Origin: an uncultured Phycisphaerales bacterium
GTDB taxonomy: Bacteria; Planctomycetota; Phycisphaerae; Tepidisphaerales; Tepidisphaeraceae
DNA length: 64,000 nucleotides
Reading direction: 5' to 3'
NCBI GenBank assembly: GCA_963758525.1
Contig: CAVWVQ010000003.1
Location: 1,024,001 to 1,088,000 of the forward strand
Shown here one piece after another: positions 60,253 through 64,000 of the stretch. Numbering within the stretch: the stretch's first letter is position 1; every line of letters starts with the position of its first letter. Below the pieces are notes generated by a model. The model was not told where the DNA came from, ran no database searches, and saw only the letters and a program-made list of their open reading frames with translations. Position numbers and translations under genes: made by a program.

Positions 60253-61645
60253 GAGTCTGGCACGCTCAGCCGCCGTGCGACTCAGCCTGTGGTTCGCTGT
60301 CATCTTTATCTTCAGCGTCGCGGGCTTGTTTGGGCTGCTCTACTATTTGCTCTCCGCCACCATCGATCGCGCCGATCGTGCCGTGCTCCAATCGTATCTC
60401 AAGGACTATGCCGACGTTTACCAGTCGCAGGGTCTGGGCGCGTTGCGTGACCGCATTTACGAGCAAAATGCACCACCCGCCGAAAAGTCGTTATTCGTGC
60501 GGCTCGCCAGCGCGCAAAACGACCTTACGTTCGCCAAAGTGCCCGATGACTGGATCAGCTTTGGGCAGGTTGACCCGGGGTTGGAGGGCTACCGGCAAGG
60601 CGCACGCATCATGCGAATCCCGCGTGATGCCGAGCGGGACTTTCTCCTGGATTCCGCGGTGCTGCCAGACGGTTCGCTGATTCAGGTTGGACGCAGCACC
60701 AACAATCGCGAGGTCTTGCTTGATCCGTTACGACACACGTTTCTCGTCGTGGGCACTGTCGTAGTGGTGTTGGGTCTTATAGCGGGGGCGGTCTTTGCCC
60801 ATCACACGATGTTGCCGGTTCGTCAAATTGTGGCTACCGCCCGTTCGATCATCCTGACCGGAAAACTCGACGCCCGCGTTCCGGGCCGATCCTCCCATGA
60901 CGAACTGGCCGAGATGGTCCAGCTCTTCAACCGGGTTCTCGACAAAAACCAATCGCTCATTGGGGCAATGCGCGAGTCGCTCGACAACGTCGCGCACGAT
61001 CTGCGGACGCCGTTGACGCGCCTCCGCGGCACGGCGGAACTGGCGCTGCAGGACAAGACCGATCCCTCCGCGGCGGACGAGGCGTTGGCCGGCTGCGTGG
61101 AAGAGGCCGAGCGTGTGCTGAGCATTCTCAACACGTTGATGGACATCACCGAGGCCGAGAACGGGATGATGAAACTCCAGCAAGAATCGCTGGATCTGCG
61201 TCTCATCATCCGCGAGGTTGTCGAGCTCTATCAGTACGTGGCGGAGGAAAAAAAAGTCTCCGTTCACACCGATCTGGACGAACCTTGCGTCGCCTCCGTC
61301 GATCGCAATCGTCTGCGCCAAGTCTTCGGCAACCTGCTCGATAATGCCATCAAGTACACCGATGCCGGCGGATCGGTCGCCATCTACGCGCGCACCGAGA
61401 ACGGCGCCGCGGTGGTCAGCTTCCACGACACCGGCTGCGGCATTCCCGCCGACGAGACGAGCAAAATATGGGCGAGGCTCTATCGCGGCGACAAAAGCCG
61501 GTCCCAACGCGGACTGGGGCTCGGGCTGAGCCTGATCAAGGCAGTCGTCGAGGCGCACCAAGGCCAAGTCTTCGTCACCAGTACAGTCGGCGAAGGCTCG
61601 GAGTTTACCGTAACCCTCCCCATTGCCACGGTTGCCCAGCGTTGA
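60233..61645 (+). CDS. HAMP-domain sensor histidine kinase
   Basis: Two TM helices, HAMP, VAHDLRTPLTRL H-box, NLLDNAIKY, DTGCGI and GLGLGLS. Confidence 0.93.
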   Translation: MSSDLLRSLARSAAVRLSLWFAVIFIFSVAGLFGLLYYLLSATIDRADRAVLQSYLKDYADVYQSQGLGALRDRIYEQNAPPAEKSLFVRLASAQNDLTFAKVPDDWISFGQVDPGLEGYRQGARIMRIPRDAERDFLLDSAVLPDGSLIQVGRSTNNREVLLDPLRHTFLVVGTVVVVLGLIAGAVFAHHTMLPVRQIVATARSIILTGKLDARVPGRSSHDELAEMVQLFNRVLDKNQSLIGAMRESLDNVAHDLRTPLTRLRGTAELALQDKTDPSAADEALAGCVEEAERVLSILNTLMDITEAENGMMKLQQESLDLRLIIREVVELYQYVAEEKKVSVHTDLDEPCVASVDRNRLRQVFGNLLDNAIKYTDAGGSVAIYARTENGAAVVSFHDTGCGIPADETSKIWARLYRGDKSRSQRGLGLGLSLIKAVVEAHQGQVFVTSTVGEGSEFTVTLPIATVAQR

Positions 61646-62044
61646 GCTGGTGCGAGACGGTAGGGTCGTCCACCAATTCGAATTAGCAACGGCCGTAGCT
61701 CCTCAACGTGCATCCATGAGCGACAAGTGACGATCGGCCTTACTCGTCCGCGGGAAAGAAAGGAGGTTCATAAGCCAATCCTTTAAAGAGGTCTACCCCC
61801 CTTCTCGAAGTTTTACCGAGGACCGTTTGGTTGGCCCGTAATTCACGCCGTATTCCTGAAATTTACGCCCCGCTCGCGCATCATATGCGGTAGAGGAAGA
61901 TGGAGTGATTGCAAGTTGATGATGGCAAGTGTCCTGTATTTAGGTCTCGCTGGGAACGATTGCTTGTCGAGCAGCCCACGCAAATTTGCAACATTTTGCG
62001 GACAGCCTTCCGCTCGCGGAGAATTCCTGCACCGAGGTGAGAAC

Positions 62045-64000
62045 ATGAAAACGGGACGGCAAACGCTCAAACGCGGGATTCGACTGAATCCCTGGCTTCT
62101 GTTTCTATTGATGACAATCAGCAGCCTGGGAAGGCTCGGCGCCGCTGCGAGCATCGATACCACGCAGCCATCCGCAGGTGTCGTTCGATCAGCAGTTGCC
62201 GTGGTTTGGAACCCATCCGATTCACTGGCTGGCGTGCCGCAGCCTGAATTGATCGAATTGAAACTGGCTCACTGGGGCATATTTCGGCTCGTCGATCGTT
62301 CCGCGATCGCCTCTGTTCTTAAAGAACAGCAACTTGCGGCGGCCCTGGGGCCGAGCGATGGAAGCAATCGAATAAAGCTCGGCCGACTGCTCAAGGCTGA
62401 CTTCCTGGTCATTCTGCGATCATCGGGAGACGTTTCAGCACGGAAAATGGAGATTACCGTCTGCGAAACGCACGGCGGATTGCGTATAGCGACTGAGCGA
62501 ATACCCCTTGGCACCGACCCCGAGCAAGACGCCGCTGCTGCCGTCAAGTTGATCCAACCGGCGCTGGAAAGAGGGACGGCGGGAATCACGACGATTTTTG
62601 CGGTACCGCCGTTTCAAAATCTTGATCTCGAGCAAACCTTTGATTCGATGCAGGATGCCTATGCGCTGGTGATCCAGCAATCCCTGCTCAGTCACAAAGG
62701 TGTTCTGGTAGTCGAACTCGCCGAAGCGCAGGCAATTAGTCAGGAGCTGGCGCTGTCGAACGACCAGGCGGTACACCGGCGTGCCCCGATCTATGTGGTC
62801 GGTGAATTTCGCCACGGCACAGGAACAAAATCGCCGACGATCACGATAACGCTCAAATGCACGCAAGCGGGAAACGACCTGCTCCCGCCCCGGTCACAGA
62901 CCGTCGGCAATGGAAGCGTTCCCGAACTGCTACTTGCCGCAAGTGAGAATATCTTCTCCGCCAGCCGTCGAACGGCCAACCCAGCCACAACACCGGCCGC
63001 CGAAGAGGAGCAATTACCAACAGAGGCGAAAAGGGAGGCCGCGCTGCTGGACGAACGCGGCGAGGCCTTCGCACTAGTCGGCGATTGGGAACGGGCGTTG
63101 CCCCTGCTGGAAGCCAGCTTGCTCGTGCAGCCAAACCAGCCTTGGGTCCACGCCGCGGCGTTTAAAGTGCTTGGGCATTTGCCGCTTGGTTTGGATCACT
63201 ACTACCGTACTCTCCCCGGTTGGGGGGACAAAGATCAGTGGGACAGCGCCAATACAGCGGCCATCGTCGGATTCAGGGCTCGCCAGATTGACCATTTGGA
63301 AGCATTTCTCAGGTCGACCATCCCCTGCGACACGTACAAACATTATGGACCATGTTTTAAGATCATTCGGGCATCCCAGTGGGAGTACCACACGCATGTC
63401 CGGGATCTGGCGGCGCAGGATTTGGCTTTGCGGCGACGCCAGCGGGATATGTTCTTTGATGTTTTTGAAGCAAAGGTGCGAGCGCATGCGACGGACGCAT
63501 ATGCGTGTGGTCTGTGGGGCCGCGAACTCGGGCAATTTCTGTATCCGCAAGAGACTCTTGAAGAAAAAGTGCAAACGAAACTGCGTGCAATCAAACTATT
63601 CAAAGATGCACCCATCGCAGGCAAGGGCGAGAACATCATTTACGTAATCTGCCGGTACGATGAACTCCGCGGAATGAAAGGCCTTCCTTGGCCGCAACTA
63701 GACCGACTGCTGACGGCGGCCGAGGCGTTGAACTCCCCAAACGTATCCACGATTGTTGCCAGGATTCGCGCTGAAGGGCCGGACTTCAAGATGCACTTTT
63801 CCACGTTTCGGTACGTGCCGCCCCCCGCGGCGCAAGACACGGCCGCCTATCGTCCATTGAATCTGACTTTCAGGGACTCAAATGGCCTTGCGCTGGCGAA
63901 CCACGCGCAGATTTTTGATTGGAAACCTGCCGGCAAAGGGGCAGATGTGGCCATAGGTCGGGACGCTCTGTTCGTGATGACAGAAAAGGATGTGCTTCAG
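62045..64000 (+). CDS. Large secreted protein with N-terminal CsgG/HfaB-like domain and TPR-like helices, 3'-partial (absent from the ORF track)
   Basis: GAGG RBS and ATG at 62045. Manual translation MKTGRQ...LLFLLMTISSLG...RLVDRSAIASVLKEQQL...IKLGRLLKADFLV...GDWERALPLLEASLLVQP stays open to the window end. Confidence 0.78.
   Translation, partial: MKTGRQTLKRGIRLNPWLLFLLMTISSLGRLGAAASIDTTQPSAGVVRSAVAVVWNPSDSLAGVPQPELIELKLAHWGIFRLVDRSAIASVLKEQQLAAALGPSDGSNRIKLGRLLKADFLVILRSSGDVSARKMEITVCETHGGLRIATERIPLGTDPEQDAAAAVKLIQPALERGTAGITTIFAVPPFQNLDLEQTFDSMQDAYALVIQQSLLSHKGVLVVELAEAQAISQELALSNDQAVHRRAPIYVVGEFRHGTGTKSPTITITLKCTQAGNDLLPPRSQTVGNGSVPELLLAASENIFSASRRTANPATTPAAEEEQLPTEAKREAALLDERGEAFALVGDWERALPLLEASLLVQPNQPWVHAAAFKVLGHLPLGLDHYYRTLPGWGDKDQWDSANTAAIVGFRARQIDHLEAFLRSTIPCDTYKHYGPCFKIIRASQWEYHTHVRDLAAQDLALRRRQRDMFFDVFEAKVRAHATDAYACGLWGRELGQFLYPQETLEEKVQTKLRAIKLFKDAPIAGKGENIIYVICRYDELRGMKGLPWPQLDRLLTAAEALNSPNVSTIVARIRAEGPDFKMHFSTFRYVPPPAAQDTAAYRPLNLTFRDSNGLALANHAQIFDWKPAGKGADVAIGRDALFVMTEKDVLQ

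Noticed and set aside
1..64000. tRNA, rRNA, riboswitch or CRISPR features
   Set aside because: None recognised by eye. A tRNAscan-SE/Infernal (Rfam) run would be needed to exclude them formally.

Overview
GC-rich bacterial DNA, most likely from a planctomycete of the Phycisphaerae/Tepidisphaeraceae type. This is an inference from the H-X9-DG C-terminal motif, the VWA/GATase membrane protein, the giant Ig-repeat protein and the intergenic repeat types. Layout: (1) 1-7.7 kb, the 3' part of a giant beta-helix + 20x Ig-like-repeat surface protein. (2) 7.7-29 kb, a surface-glycan locus: methyltransferases, GT2s, GT-C-like membrane proteins, wzm/wzt and a sulfotransferase-coiled coil-methyltransferase-GT2-GT4 fusion, interrupted by a GNAT/SDR/ArsR/SDR module. 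(3) 29-36.4 kb, DUF4142, VWA/GATase and sialate O-acetylesterase genes. (4) 36.5-50 kb, a mosaic accessory region with one intact HUH/Y1 (RAYT-like) transposase, two RAYT 3' remnants, IS630, an IS21-like end, two broken toxin-antitoxin pairs and several gene fragments. (5) 50-61.6 kb, hutX, a moxR-bat operon and a two-component system. (6) A large secreted protein running off the right edge. The most striking unexplained signal is a family of short (~13-20 bp), non-hairpin sites related to the RAYT flanks. They recur 8-9 times, often sit at gene-truncation junctions, and several carry small tandem duplications, which suggests a RAYT-driven gene-fragment capture/shuffling system. About a dozen single-base frameshifts in otherwise intact genes most likely reflect long-read assembly error. 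All family assignments come from motif recognition by eye, not from database searches.
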